62,652 nucleotides of DNA, filler included, from Choristocarpus tenellus KU-1152 (GCA_964200185.2; 7 parts of 7 records of this genome joined end to end with filler, not necessarily neighbours in it), one strand, 5' to 3'; shown: positions 26,129 through 40,217, counted from the whole stretch's first letter. The notes: generated by a model not told the origin, from the sequence alone. Numbers and translations are program-made.

Positions 26129-29100
26129 TTTTGCATCTTACTCTAAGGAAGATCTTGAAAACGACATATATATATATATAACAATTGCACAAATAGAACC
26201 CCCCCCCCCCGAGATAACCCAACATATTGAGTGATGATATTGGATATCTCTCAATCAAGTGACCTGAAGTGGATTCAGATTGTTGCGGCTCACAACACTA
26301 AAATGACTACCAAATGTCTACCAAATGACCCCTGCCGGAAGCTTTGTATCCAATTTTCTCCTCTTCTCTCTGTTATGTCACCTACTACCCTAGCACTAGT
26401 TCAACAACAGCAGCCATTTGGCAGGGAAGTCAAAGCCACCAAGTGGTACACCAGATATGATAGAAGAGGTTGAGACCATCTCTCTGCGCTGCCATGTCTA
26501 CCTCACCCACCTTCCACTCACACATTTGCCGGACCCCTCCCCCCATCCACCAGGCGTGGTGCTCTTCTTTTCCGTAAGATTGCAACCAAAAATGCCATAA
26601 GATCAAGTTTCAAGGAGAACCCATTTTACACTCATCACTTTGTTTTTTTTTTTGTTTGGCAGTCCAACAACAGATTGCCCCCTCCTACCATACTGTCAAG
26701 GGTTTTTCTATGTTTCTCCATGAAGCGTTAGGGTTAGGGTGCAACATGTGGACTACTTTCTAAGTGGCAAGAACGCACAAGGAAAAGTGATTTTTTTTTT
26801 GAAGGGCATCTGAAAGAGAAGTACAAAACTGAGCCAACTAAAAAAAAAAAACATACTCCGAGCGCATTTAGGTGTTTGGACAGTTTGCGTTCCTCATACC
26901 ACTACCTCAGGTCCGTAATGGTTCCACTTTTCATGCCCCTCTCCCAGTACTACTAAAGAGTAAAAAAACAAAAATCAAACTTGTGACAAATTTATACCCC
27001 ACCTACCCCCGCCTCCAGATTGCCACTGCCATACCAACCCTACTCCATCACCTTCCCTGCCCTCAGCCGCACTTCTCCAGGGCAGACAGTTCCCAGTCGG
27101 AGCAGTAGCAAGCAGCATCCCCGCTTGACCTCTGGAAAACTGTCAGACAGAGCTACAGAGATTGTCCCACAGGCAGAGCCTGCCACCTGGTTGAAGATTG
27201 TAGGGATTTCAGCTATTGGCATGGTTTGGCACGTTAACGGGGGCCTGTGGGGATGAGGGAACGCTAATAGGAGTATGCACGCAGTTGTGGTGGAGCCAGG
27301 GATGTTGGGATAGAGTTGGGGGGGGAGGGGGGGGAAGGCTGCAGCTAGTGGCCAATTGCCGTATTATACGAACCTGTTTGTGCTTTTGGGGGCACTCTGT
27401 GCTCCAAACAAGGGCGCAATCTATGTTCTCTGACTGGCAAGTTGTGTGTGCTAATCTGGAAGAGAGGGCTCAGGTTGGGGCTAGTGGCAAAAGGGTGATG
27501 AGATGGACCTCTCAGTCACAATCATTCGAAACAAACTTATTCAAAGTGCATTTGTCCATCACAAACAGTCACAAAACAGTCACCAAACAGTCACCAATGC
27601 AATGAGGATTGTTCCAAAAAGGAAGCCACTATTGCCTCTCCTTGCCTATGCATTGCTACGGCCAACTTGCAAACGCCTTCCATATCATGATATTAAAAAA
27701 AATAATGTCATGTGCACCCTATCCATCCGTCCACCTACTTGCACGAAAATACAAAAATAGCACCATGTGTCCACTACTATCACAATGTCAACAATAATGC
27801 ATTGTATACAGTCAAACTGGGATCCATCATCTTCATCATGAGGCAGGACAAAGAGTTACAGCACTCAGGACTGGAACCATCAACAACACACCACTCGAAC
27901 CTCCTCTTTAAACTTGAGAGCCAACACGTGATGGTTCAAGCATACAACAATACATGTACTCTACCCCCTTTGTCTTGTTTATTTGTCAAACACACAGCCA
28001 AAACCGTCCTGGCTACCAATGAGCAAGTCCTCTCCCATCTCCTCTAGCCATCTGCCCCTAATAAAAAATATCGAATATAACAGCAGCAATGAAACACAAG
28101 AAGTGAGACTTAAAACTCAAATTCCATAATAGTGCAAGAATACCAGATTCATTTCTTAAGCACACACACACATCAACGCAGTGTAGATTTAAGTAAGAAG
28201 ATGTCCTCCATTGCTCGTTCATTCACCCTTCACAACACAGAACCCTTCTTGTTCCCCTCCCCCCAAATTCCTCCGTTGCTTCCCTACCCACATCCACACC
28301 TTGGAACCAAATGCAGCCCCACTCTCCCTGGACAACAGCGATATACAAAGTTTCAGCAGCTGGGCACGAATCTCTTCTGCTGGCTCCAAAAAGGGTAGGA
28401 CCCCCAACCTCGCCTCAACCATTGGAAACACCTGCAGCAGATGTCACAGAGGCAACGCCCACAGGCAAGGAGTGAGATATTCATTTGGCAGAGGGGGTCT
28501 GGTTATGTCATGATTGAGGAAATCGGGAAGGTTGGAAAGTAAGAAGTTTCTTACTGACTCACTGAAGCACACAGACGTTTCTGTTGGTCCCAGCAGCCTA
28601 CCAAGTACTCTTGGGACCATAGGCCTTGCTTAGCCTTGATGTTTCAAACTAATCTGGGCAAAAGTAAAAACCAAAAAACTGCAATAAATAGTGTTCTTGT
28701 CATCATACACAGTGGGGTGAGAGGGTAGTGTAGCTTATTCATAGAAGGGAGTGTGTGGTGTTGAGATTTTTTTTATCCTTGACTTGTTGGCATGTGCAGG
28801 GGCAGGGAGTTTTCGACACTGCATGGGGCTAGGGTTTGCTTAAGGGAAATATTGGGATTGATCACCAGTGCAGAGTTTTTGAATAATAAAAACCTGTGAA
28901 TGGCAAATATCAAGAGTGTGCACACTTCAGTTTTTGAGCACCCAGGTATGTCTTTGCTTCAAGAATGATAAAGTACGATAAAGTAGTAGTAGGGACTGAT
29001 CACTGGTGTCAGACCACAGGCACGAGCATTCTTGTAGGAGAGTTACATCTGGGCACAGCGGTGTAGACTCTTAGGTGATTCCAACAGAACACTGCTGTTT

Positions 29101-30915
29101 GGTACTACAGACGCATACTTCCCAAAGACCTATCCCAACCCTTGCCCCAACATATAACCTTGACCCTGTCCCTAACTCTACCATCAACCATTGCCCTAAT
29201 TCCACAACACATGTGGCACTGTGCAGTTGTAGTGGTGATGAAAAAGACTGAGCACAACGTTAAACCTGAATGTTGCTGACATGAGCAGATCATCCCACCA
29301 CTTGAATTTTTTTCACATGATGGTACTCAATAGTACAGTCCACTACTACACCTGCAACGCCAAAGCAGAAGTGTCGCCTGGCACATCTCTTGTTGAGTCC
29401 ACACCACTCAGCAAGAGTGCTGCCAAGGGGAGGGAAGGAGTGGGGGGTGAGGGATGGAAGCACAGAGGGGGGACTTGCAAATGCCACAGGCTAAACCAGT
29501 TTCAGGTTCCTGGAGTGACAACTCACGAATTTGCCTCCATAGTTCCTTTTCCTGTCAAGGACCCTGCCAAGCAAGGCTGAATACGAGACAAGAAAGAAAA
29601 AAAATATCTGCTTTGTCCTCCCCACTTCTGCAGTGGTAAAGAACAACATAAGGCACGGTAGGATGACCCATAGCATTGGACAGGGTCGTAGTAATGCTCT
29701 ACAAATCATGAACATGAATATTTGATGATCTTTCGGTGTACAGTGCTCCCCCTCCCCCTAGCCTCAAATTGGAAGAGGTGTGCAATCATGGTAAATAAGG
29801 AGGTAGAGAGGCCAACCAAATCTCTTCATAGCGTATGTGTGCACACACGCCTGTCCATACATGCCAACCTGGCACAACATTAAAACCTGAATACCAAGGT
29901 TTTAATGTCCCCTAAACACGTAGCATCATATATAATACACATACACATACCCCCTCTACCGCTGTCACGGGCATATACAAGAAGGTGTTAAATATATAAA
30001 TACATAGAAAGAAACACCACCTTCTCGCAACTATACACTTCCCCTGCTCGGGCCCCATAATGGTAATATGAAGACTATAACACAGAAGATTCATATCCCA
30101 AGACACCGCCTCCCTTACTTCCCGCCAACTCCCGGCATTTCTCCACTGGGTCTTGTAGAAGTGTCACCAATTGAGAAGACATGTGGTGCACAAGAAATGC
30201 ACGAAGCACTGGTTCTTCCACCTGGGTAACCAAGCAGGGACGGCACAGGAGAGGGTCTTTTGGTGAGGGTAGAGAACAAGGAAAGGGTCAGAATGCTGGG
30301 GAAGAACTACTGAGTGGGTGCAAATCTTGGAGTGGCAGCATGCAACTGGGAAGTATAAGAGCTGCATCACCCTTTGACAGAGGAGAAGGCAATGATCGAG
30401 CTTACCGTCGACTAAATTCTCCAAAAAACTATAATTTGTGTCAACCTCATTCACATTGCAGGGAAACAGACGCACTTTGTACTACTATATCAGTTTTGGG
30501 CTTGAGTGACCTACTCGGTGTGTAAATTGAGGTGATGATGTACTATATGCATTCAACACAGCTCTGTCATTAGTTGAACAGCACACAGACAAAGAGGACA
30601 AAAATGGTGGTGACTCTACATAGCAGAGGGGGGTATTCCATGAACAGGAAGCAGGATATGGTGGGAATGAAAAACAGCAAAAAAGAGATCGTTTCTTTTC
30701 CCTACCCCCCACCATCTCCCAAGCTCTTGACACGTTCAAAGTGACCTGACCTTAGCATCTTGGAAGAGGTGTTTTTGAATCTTACTCAGAGCCCGCCGTC
30801 GGGTCATGCGGTCCGGATCGGATAGGCAATTGATGTCTCTCTGTAGTCGTTGCCGGAGGACTGACAGAGCATCCATCTCTCCCACTGAGAGGTTACCATG
30901 GACAGGAGCAGTCAT
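25105..30915 (-). CDS. DNAAF5: Dynein axonemal assembly factor 5 (HEATR2), 5' part (exons 30915-30751, 30221-30119, 29419-29352, 28431-28300, ~27186-27052, 25170-25105)
   Basis: Motifs 'LQRDINCLSDPDRMTRRRAL', 'LLQDPVEKCRELA', 'RLG...EPAEEIRAQL', 'LSDSFPEVKR', 'LNLGHQHSRTR'; exon phases are compatible. Confidence 0.88.
26088..26128. repeat. (AG)n microsatellite
   Basis: Directly visible; another lies at ~34962-34989. Confidence 0.95.
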
Positions 30916-32123
30916 CCCTGAAACAAAAGAAGAGCGAAGCATATTCATCATAATTTCGTGTGCGTGTTGGCTAGATAGAGGGCAAGAACACACGAACTCG
31001 TGTAAGCCGTGTACGAGATCCGTCATGTCCTTCTGCCCGTAGTTCACCTACATTTCCCACCATACTGATTATGCAAAGATGTCGTGCACCCCTCTACTGG
31101 CACGAGCCCCACAGTATCTCCAACTCTTATTCATCAACCCACATACCCCATATAGCGCCAAAGCAACAATGCACTGGCACCATCGGCGCCAGTGATTGCA
31201 AAATTGAGCTCAGTCTACTGCCTATCAGGATATGTCAAGGTCATTCTAGCAGTTCGGACGGTCTAATCGTGGGTTCCTAAGATGTTGTAGTGTTGGGGAC
31301 ACCAAAGTGGGGATGGTCGACTCGTTACAATGTTCATGGTGGACTGGCAATAGTAAAAAATACAGGGGGCAAGGATTTGGTCAAGGACTGGGAGGCATAT
31401 AGTTGGCAAACTAAGGGCATACATAGTACAAGGGGGCGGATTGACTGAGTATCTCTATACATGCAAGGCGTAGAGTGCCCTTTTTTACGTGTAGACTGTT
31501 TTGACGTGTTGCCAACACCTGAAGATACTTAAGCAGAGAAGGAGCAAAAAGGGCGTGAATACCTCTCTCTTGTAGTTCATTCGGCTGCTAGCAAATGTAG
31601 TTTACAGAGTATGATCCCATGGCAACATGTGACAGGTAAGATATGAAGACCGATGTTGGGGGGTCTTACCTGCAACGGACTATCGACTAAAGCTGGAACT
31701 TCAGCACAACACACCAGCCAGAAGAAAATAGGGGCCTTCTTCAGGATTGGCGCCAGTGCCCAACGTATTCTTTTTGTCGAGGTGGCCTTAGACAAGATCC
31801 CAGAAAGGGACCTTGAGGTGGCGTATCTCACTCAAGATGGGGGGCTATCTCGACCTAGATGACGGTTTTTCACACTAAAGGTCTGTACAGCCTTGTTCAG
31901 GCGAAAGTATGAGAGGCTACAACAAATCCACAATACAAAACAGGAAACAGTCCCTTTCACTTCAACAAGGGCAAAACGGAAAGTGTTCGAGGTTGTGGTA
32001 ATTTGAGGAGATCACCAGATATCTCCAACCATACTCCGCTGCGGTGAGAGTTGTCCGTGGGAAATTTAATCTGCGCTGGTGACCTGTAGCTTGGACAGAC
32101 AATCAAGATCACCCGAGGCTGTT
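30916..32123. promoter_or_regulatory. Putative bidirectional promoter / CpG-rich island
   Basis: 1.2-kb gap between divergent start codons; CpG is visibly commoner here and in both first exons than in downstream gene bodies. Confidence 0.5.
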
Positions 32124-33908
32124 ATGTCTAAATCTGTACCTAGACCTGGAATGACTCCTGGTGATTCCAAGGTGCACATTCGTGACATCGAAGGAATCGA
32201 TGGCTTGGTTAATGGAAGTGACGATGGGTTCGAGCTAATCGATTGTCCTGTAGGAGAATTCGCTGTCAAGGTGCATGGATATGTTGGGCGTTCTGACTTA
32301 CAGTGTGCTGTGTGCCACTCTCTCTTGCGAGATTGTATTGAATGTCCAGAATGTCACAATATATTCTGCCGCTCGCATCTTGTGGTATATAATGGTGGAA
32401 ATGGCGAAGACGGTTCGGAAATACTGACTCAGTGCCCCTGCGACACGTGTTCCAACGTCAATACAGGGGGATCGACGATCCACCCTGTTAGTTCTTTCCT
32501 CACAAATATTCCAGTGCAGCGTATGGCCGATGCAACACAAACTGCGTGCGAAGAATGTGATATTGCTCTCTCGTGGGGCGACCTCCAAACGCACATTTGT
32601 GATGAGCAGGAGGTCATTTGCGATCTCTCCCGTTGGGGTTGTGCATGGCGAGGTCGCCAGGTTGATGCCAAGGCCCACAAATCCAGCTGCTTTGGACGTT
32701 TAGTTCGTGCAGAGGAAGAGCTCGCCGTAGCCCAGGATTCGAAAGAACTCGCCGAGCTCCAGGTCTCGCTACTTGAAAAAGAGAGAAAGGGGCTAATGCA
32801 AGAGGTAGAGCGTTTACGCAATGAGTTGGGAAATTTCGACACTGATCGAATAGCAAACTGGATGACTGAACCCAGGATGGAGAGTGGGCGTGCTCCGAAA
32901 ACGACCAGGGCTGTCAACAGCACAATTGTACGCCTGCGTGAGAGTTGCAATGCTACAACGATGAGCGCAGCCCCGAATAAAGCCAAGATGGAGGGGTTGG
33001 GACCCGAGGTGACCAAGGATAATCACAATAAGAAGTCAGAGAGCCTGGCCGCTGATGTGACTCGGACTGAGGAGCAGGCGTCACTTGACGCATTTGCTCG
33101 GGCACAGAAAAACGTAGAGGCTATTGTCGAGGCAGCTGAGTGTCGCAGTGATAAAGGAAGACCAGACATCACTCCCTGCCTGAAGAAATATGTTAATGAC
33201 CCCAAATCTCTCGTGGATAAGAGAGTTGTGGTGTTCTGGCCAAGGTATGTGAATATGCTGAATTTGCGCCAACACATTTTATGTGCTATAGACACAGTTG
33301 TTCAGGTATGTACATAGTAGTTTGTGCACGAAACCCTGCTCATGGAAGCCAGTGAGTTCTGTGTCATGTAAAGTATCTTTCACCCAAAATTGGATTTGGA
33401 TTGAGTGTACAGCATACATCTAGTGTTGTGGCTAGTCTATGTGCTTGTTGTTTGGTTTGGATATACAAATCTACCTTAGTGATCAAAATTTCTCACTCCC
33501 CACATGACGAGACCTGGGAAAGAAGGTAAAACTTTGTTGTGCTGCAAGCATTATTCACCGCTCACTTACAGCAGTTTCATAGCCCATCCTGAAGCGTGTC
33601 TTTCTTTCTGCTTGGCTCCAGTGGACTTTAGTTCAGATAGTTTCACACTTGTTGAAGGCAGTATGTTAGTGTAGGCAGGCATACATCACTCATATATGTG
33701 AACACAAACATATACACAAAGATATCTCCACTCTTTGATTCTGTTTATTTGTACCCCTGCACCTCTTCCCTACTGAAGGCAAGGCTCATGGTACCCAGGC
33801 AAGGTGACATCATACAACAAGATCAAGAATGAACACCGCGTTGAGTATGATGATGGAGATGTCAAGGATCACAAGATGCTAGAGCGCGCTTGGGGAACCC
33901 TGGGGTAA
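32124..33908 (+). CDS. RING-like + TRAF-type zinc fingers + coiled coil + C-terminal Tudor-like domain protein (exons 32124-33244, 33779-33908)
   Basis: RING-like 'CAVC..CPECHNIFCRSH..CPCDTC'; TRAF-like fingers 'CEEC..LQTHIC' and 'CDLSRWGCAWRG..AHKSSC'; heptad-like region; spliced Tudor-like 'LVDKRVVVFWPR|QGSWYPGKVTSYN..HRVEYDDGD'; TAA at 33906-33908. Confidence 0.85.
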
Positions 33909-36900
33909 GGGGTGGGAAGTAGGGACATTATGATCAGGAACTGTTCATAGAATATGCTGTGATGTCCAATGGCACTCAGTACATAACCAAGAGGACTAAA
34001 ACGTACACCTTACCTCATTGTAGTGAAGAAGGTATGTTGTAATTTTTTTTTTGGAATTGGTATAATTTACCAATGTTTATTGACTGCTGTGGGAGGCAGG
34101 TGGCTTTTTGTATCACACACGTGGTTACCTGGGCAGTTACTGTATGTGATCCTGTGAAGTATACACTGTATATTGTAAGGTAGGCAGAATGGTGGAAGCT
34201 TAGGGAAGCCGGAGAGAATTAGGAATGGGATGTTCGATGGTGATTGTGAAGAAAAGGGATTGAAGTGTGGGGACTTACTGGTTCAGTTTTGAGGGTAATG
34301 TAATTCCCACGAACCGCAACTGTGGAGATAAGATGCATTTTTACTTTGCATTGGGATGTATACAGGGAGTTATGTGGCATAGCAGCGGCAGGTTACCAAA
34401 TCATGTTGCAATATGCAACCCCAAGGACATACTCTTTTTGAGTACTAGGTAGTAAATATCAGGTAGGACACACACAATAGACACCACCTTTGCCCCACCT
34501 TGTGCTGACACCAGTCAGCCATTGTTTATGGAAAGTAGGTGCTGTATTTCAGGAAGGGCTGTAGTGGTGGGATGTGATGAGGCATAGCCTTACTTGATGT
34601 TGGATGGTGAAGGAGAATATTAGGCCACTGCCCTGTTGGCCAACTCAAACATAAACACACCCCATGAGAGAATAAGCGTATGTTTTGCTTTTTGAAAATC
34701 AACAAGCTAAACGATTTCAGTTGGTCATCACCATGAGTTTATCCAATAGTTGGGGCCCGTCAAATGAATGGGTGGGTAGGTGGACGGGTCGATGCAAGGA
34801 TGACAGCATGTCTTGTGGTGTGGGACAGTAATTTCCTCAATTTTGTTGTGGAGGAGACCACGTGGTTGTATAGTACTCTGGGAGTTTTTTTTAAAATGGG
34901 GGGAGAATGGTCTAGTTATATGTGTTGAGCAACAATAATTGGACTAATGAAACTACAAACAAGAGAGAGAGTGAGAGAGAGAGAGAGAGTGAATATGATC
35001 TACAGGGAAGACCCCCCTCTAAAATATTTCCTCGTTCTCAGAATCTTGTGAGGTGCCATCCCCCCCCTTTCCATATCCATTGATCGAGCTGGAACCAATC
35101 AACATTTCTAGTTGTGTTGAGGTGCAAGGGGTAGTGTTCATGTAAATATCTCTTCAATGGGCAATCTCTACACCAGAGCAATAGAGCTGTACATATGAAC
35201 ATATGTATGTGTTATGTAGACAAGAGAGATTGTGTGCACTGACTGCCCTGTACTTCCATCCACCAACATGTTGTTTTGGCAATGTTACTGTCATATGCTT
35301 CCCAACGTGCATGTACTTGTTAGCACAGCCTTGTCAAGAACAAAAAAATAGAATGAATTACAAACTATTGTCTAGAGGGTCACTACAGGATGGGTAGCAT
35401 TCACACCTTGGACCACATCACATCCTCTGTAGTGTGAAGTGGATCGTGTGTTCTGGATTTGTACTGCGTGTGGTGTGTTCTTTGAACTGTCAAAAATGCT
35501 ATCATATGGATGTGCTGTGCTTTGGACTTCATACCTCATAGTGCGGTATGCATAATGCTTGTTACATAATATATGCATGTTCGTAGCTGAGCTTGAAACC
35601 TCACTCTAGTGTGATTTATGGTGGGAAAGTTGATGCCCATGAATTAAAGTACATAACGAGAACAGATTTTTAAAAATTGTTTGGTATTATGACCTGAACC
35701 ATCTTAGAGTCCTTTTTTCATCACTCCATATGATCCAACATATCCTGTGCTTGCACTACAGTTTATGTAGTACTCAGAGTGGTATACGGCACTACATGAT
35801 GCTGAATGTGGTACATTTCCTCACAGTTGGTACTGCATTGAATGCAATGCATTGTACAGAGTTGCAGCAGCACATGTGTGAATGTACCAAGGTGAAAGCA
35901 CGATGCTGTCGCAGCAGGTGTGGTGTCTATTGTGTGTAAAGGGAAGTCAATTATCACCTTTAAGATGGGATTTGTCTCAGTGCAGTGTGCCATTTCTTTT
36001 TTTTGCTTTTGAACATATCGCTGTATATTACACTGGAATGGATTTAGTCTGGGTATAACTATCTCAAAATGGAAAGAATTGACCACCTCAAAAACAGGAA
36101 AGAGAAGAGCAACTAGTGGAAACACTAAATTATGACAAGTGTTGTGGATTATAACAAGGAATTGGGTCACAACAATTCAATAAAATTGTGATCAATCGAA
36201 TGTCGAAAAATTGAGGGGCGATTCGTAATTCCTACATTCCTGGGATGCATGTACCTTTCAATCACAACAATCGAGTGGATCGAAACTTTTCAACAGATTT
36301 AACTAATACTCATAAATAATAAATGCTTTCGATTCACAACACAAATTGTGAGTAGATGGGGAAACGGATGCTCACCAATGGATACTAGTCACGAAGTAGT
36401 GGTGACTATGAAACACACCCAACTACGTGATTGAAGAAGTTCCGAGACAAAATTATGCTGTGCTTCTCTGATGTTAGGCGACCCACAAACATGAATGTCT
36501 TATCTCAAAAAGATGACACCTAGTAATGCCCCAACACTCGATAACCATTGGAAGGAACAATAAAAATACAATCTCATAGACACACCTCTAACAACAATTA
36601 GTCACCTTCACAACACCAGCACACACTGCTATTAATAGTATACATGCTACTCCTATAAAGCTCTATATATGCACTGCATTTAATTTTCAAGTATGAACAC
36701 CTGCATTGAACATTTACTAAAACTTGGAAGACTCCTAATCCACATCATACAAAAACTGTGAACCATTAGGATTCCAACAACAGAAACAAATATCATTGAC
36801 CTAAATCAGCAAAGGCCTTTGCGAGTTAAGTGGGTGTAGCCTCCACGTATGCACACACACCATGTTTACGTGAATTTCTGGAACATTCGTTCAACCGCAG

Positions 36901-37781
36901 TACGTGTTGTACGCCCTCTTCAGATACTCGTAATAAAGCACTAGGATTAGAAAACACATTCCATCCCATCATTTTGTTACCCATCCAGCTTGTCATGCAG
37001 TCACCTGGAAACCATACAACACCCGTTCAATCAATAATCCAAGTCCTAACGCACCTATTGACGGAGAGAGTTTATGTGAGGTAGTGAAAACATAATATTA
37101 CAGACAAACCAGGGTTAAAAAGAACAATAGTTGCCTCGAGTGGAATAAGAGTGTGTAAGGGGAAAAATATACAGAGAGGGTTGTGGGAACCTTTTACTCT
37201 GCAACTGCTTCGTGGTAAAGATGGTCCTCATTTTCTTGTGGGTCCCAGGTATTCCATTGTCTCCAATAAACTATCACCAATGCATTAACATTCAGCCTCC
37301 AGGACATTGAACAATACCACCTTTGACTTCGTCTTACGATAGCAATAGATTTGCCTGTTTTAACGTCGCACAAAGTTTGAGTCAAAGTGAGTTGGAGGAA
37401 GAGCACTCGATAAAGAAGTCCTCCTTTGACAGGTGATGAATTCATACCCTCCCCAAACGCATAATTTTTTCATCACAGTCCAGTATTAGCCAGTTTCTCT
37501 GGAAAAAGACAACCTTGGATGCGCTATGAAGTGCAGCGTCTTGAAACTGGGCGGAAAATGGACCATACTTGGTGTATTTATCTTTTTCCCATCAATTTAA
37601 AACTGGGAACTGGCTATCATGACGCCTTCCATGTGACCACTAGGACCTCACATTCACTAATAGATGTAGATTGGACAGAATCGCCTCAACCTCGCTCTCT
37701 TGCGCCAGTCCCAGCTTACCTCTGCTTCGAAAGAGTGTACTGACAGTGATCCAGAGATAGTATCCTTGGTCGAGGTAGTTG

Positions 37782-38922
37782 ATGCGGGTCAGCAGAGGAC
37801 TGCGGCTAGCGAGCCTCATCTCAGCAGGTGCCATCACGCCCATTTCAGGAATGGCGTCTTCAATTTCAGAGAGGGTGCTGAGGTCGGAGCTCGCTCGATT
37901 TCACCCCTCTTTTCTGCAGGGCGCAAGATACTTCTCCTCCCTCCTGCACCACAGTCGTCAATATGATGATGCTATACTGTGGAATGGGTATTCCTGTACA
38001 TCAACGTCTCAGCACGCAGGGAAACGGCCCCGCAACGGTGGACATGGGATGTGGAAGTTAGAGCAGTCAAGGGTAGGGCGTGCATTCTCTGCAGTGCCAG
38101 GATCTCGATCAGCTACAGCCGCCGAGGGAATAGGTGAAGGCGCTTATTTGGACCAGGAAGGGGAAGGGGTTGTGGAGGGTGATGATGGCGGACAAGCATC
38201 AACACCCTTCAAGGTGAGTTGACGTCGAATATAATTATCATAGCGAGGGTGTGTGTGTGTGATTTCTGTGGTCGACTGGAGTGAAATTCTATATGACTAT
38301 TTTAAAAGCTGATCTCGATACAGTTTGGACTGAGACCGACTACACCTAAACTAAGTCGTGATGATACCTCCTGCTATGAACGACGACCACCAACATGCGT
38401 TTTTGTGTTCTACATCATCTCCTGAGTTAGTCAATGTTGAAAGAACTGCTAACATCATACCTCTGGAAAATGGGCTTCGTACTAGGACTTCACTGGTACA
38501 AGCGGGGCTCAACAACAATATTGTACACATCACAACAATATTGCGACAACCATTTGAGTAGGTGTGGGCAAGTTTGGCCAATCGTTCGCCGTCACTGAGA
38601 AAAAAACGTGAGCTAGTGACCACACAATATTACCTTGCGGGAAGAGGGCTCCCACTCCTTTTGTTCCCCTAGGCAGAGCAATACTTGCCTACTCTCATTG
38701 GGAATGAGTACATTTGAGAGAGGTATCCGTTGACCATCTTTTCTGAATCCATTTTAATCTCACTGGTCTTTGTATCATTCCGATATGTGTGGATTGATAA
38801 TGTTTAACCCTTACCAAGGTCAATCTCCTAGCATTGGACAAGCAGGAGGTAGAGGCCCTGCTACAGGGCATGGGGGAACCAAAGTACCGCACAGGGCAGG
38901 TTTTGAAGTGGATATACGAAGG
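37782..38922 (+). CDS. rlmN: RlmN-type radical-SAM RNA methyltransferase, 5' part with a long N-terminal extension (exons 37782-38213 and 38819 to contig end)
   Basis: Exon 2 reads 'VNLLALDKQEVEALLQGMGEPKYRTGQVLKWIYE', the RlmN N-terminal motif; phase-0 intron with a gtgagt donor. The catalytic domain is not in the contig. Confidence 0.78.
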
Positions 38923-39022
38923 NNNNNNNNNNNNNNNNNNNNNNNNNNNNNNNNNNNNNNNNNNNNTTAATTAATTAANNNNNNNNNNNNNNNNNNNNNN
39001 NNNNNNNNNNNNNNNNNNNNNN
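38923..39022. other. Artificial contig linker
   Basis: N44-TTAATTAATTAA-N44. Confidence 0.99.
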
Positions 39023-39093
39023 ACACCCGTGGGAAGCTAAGTCCCAAATGGACAAACAGGGCAAATCTCCTACCCTCTAAGGTACTTTCACTC
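39023..39093 (+). mobile_element. MITE, right end only (contig edge)
   Basis: '...aaatggacaaacagggcaaa...taccctctaaggtactttcactc' matches the family right TIR. Confidence 0.85.
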
Positions 39094-40217
39094 TGACTCC
39101 CCCTTCAGGATACTATGTGTCAAAGATACGGAATTTTGCATCGTGCAAAGGTGCATTGAATCATGCAGGGTATAAGAATATCACAACCAGGGTCTGATCG
39201 CCTTATTGGTGTAGGGCTCTTTGTAGGATAGACAAGAGGAAAAATCCATATTTGATGTTGCTATGTACTCCAGGAGAGAAGATACGCTCTAGGTTGAAGA
39301 AGAGCAGTGTGAACTGTATCACTGGGTGAAGAGTAGCATGCTCTTTTGTTTTGATGTACAAATTATCAGGTGAAATGTGATCCACACCACACTGTTTTAT
39401 GCAATGTCAAGAGAGAAAAAGTGGATCCCAAGTAGTCAAAATTGTTACACACAATTCACATAGAATGTAACATGGCCTTACATATGAAGGTGGGCTATTG
39501 AAGAGAAGTACTTTGCGGTGTCGTCCAGCAGAAGATACCAACTGCAGCGGAAACAACAGGGACAGGTTTTGTAGGAACAAGGACTAGCTGAAACTTCAGA
39601 TAGATTCGATGGCTATATCTCACCAAAAAGCTGGTGGATGTCTCTTGGCTGTAGGATATCTTGATCATCTTTACCGTGTTTACTCATGCATCTGACAACT
39701 TTGGCATCCTGAAAATTGGGCACAACCGGGAGAGTTGTAGGTGGAAGTTGATATGCATTGAACTGACAATGATGAATGCTGGGAACAATTTTGTACCGTA
39801 AGTACAAACCACAGCATTCTACTTCTATCAATTGGCGATCGAGCAAAAAATATATGCACTCGCCCTCACTTTGACTATCTTCCTTCAGCACTTCGGACAC
39901 CCTCTATGTGGATATTCAACATGGCCTGGAATCTTCAAGTAGGAATGGCATCAATTGCACCTTCTCATACAAATTACCTCTGCCAGGGAAGGGGTCTCCT
40001 TTCCTCCCCGTACACCAAGTATTTCCTTCGCAGTTAAAATATACCATTTCTTTTATCCACATTTTGCTCTTAGTATCTTCGTATGAGCTGGTGCTTGGAG
40101 GAAAATTTGATTTGCTCTGTGTCAAAAAGAGCAACCCTTCCAACTCTCTTGTCAAAGGTTCTTCCTGGTCAGTAGGGATTGGCTACTGGCAAAAAGCACA
40201 CATTTTATTGAGGGACT

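Noticed and set aside
32298-33295. Long minus-strand ORFs (e.g. 32429-33016)
   Set aside because: Antisense shadows of the RING/TRAF exon.
37194-37260. Minus-strand 'KKMRTIFTTKQL' resembling a homeodomain N-terminal arm
   Set aside because: No helix-3 WF.N.R motif found downstream and no supported exon structure.
34000-37450. Possible minus-strand micro-exon gene between the Tudor gene and rlmN
   Set aside because: A few AG/GT-bounded short blocks exist, but I could not build a consistent frame or recognise a product.
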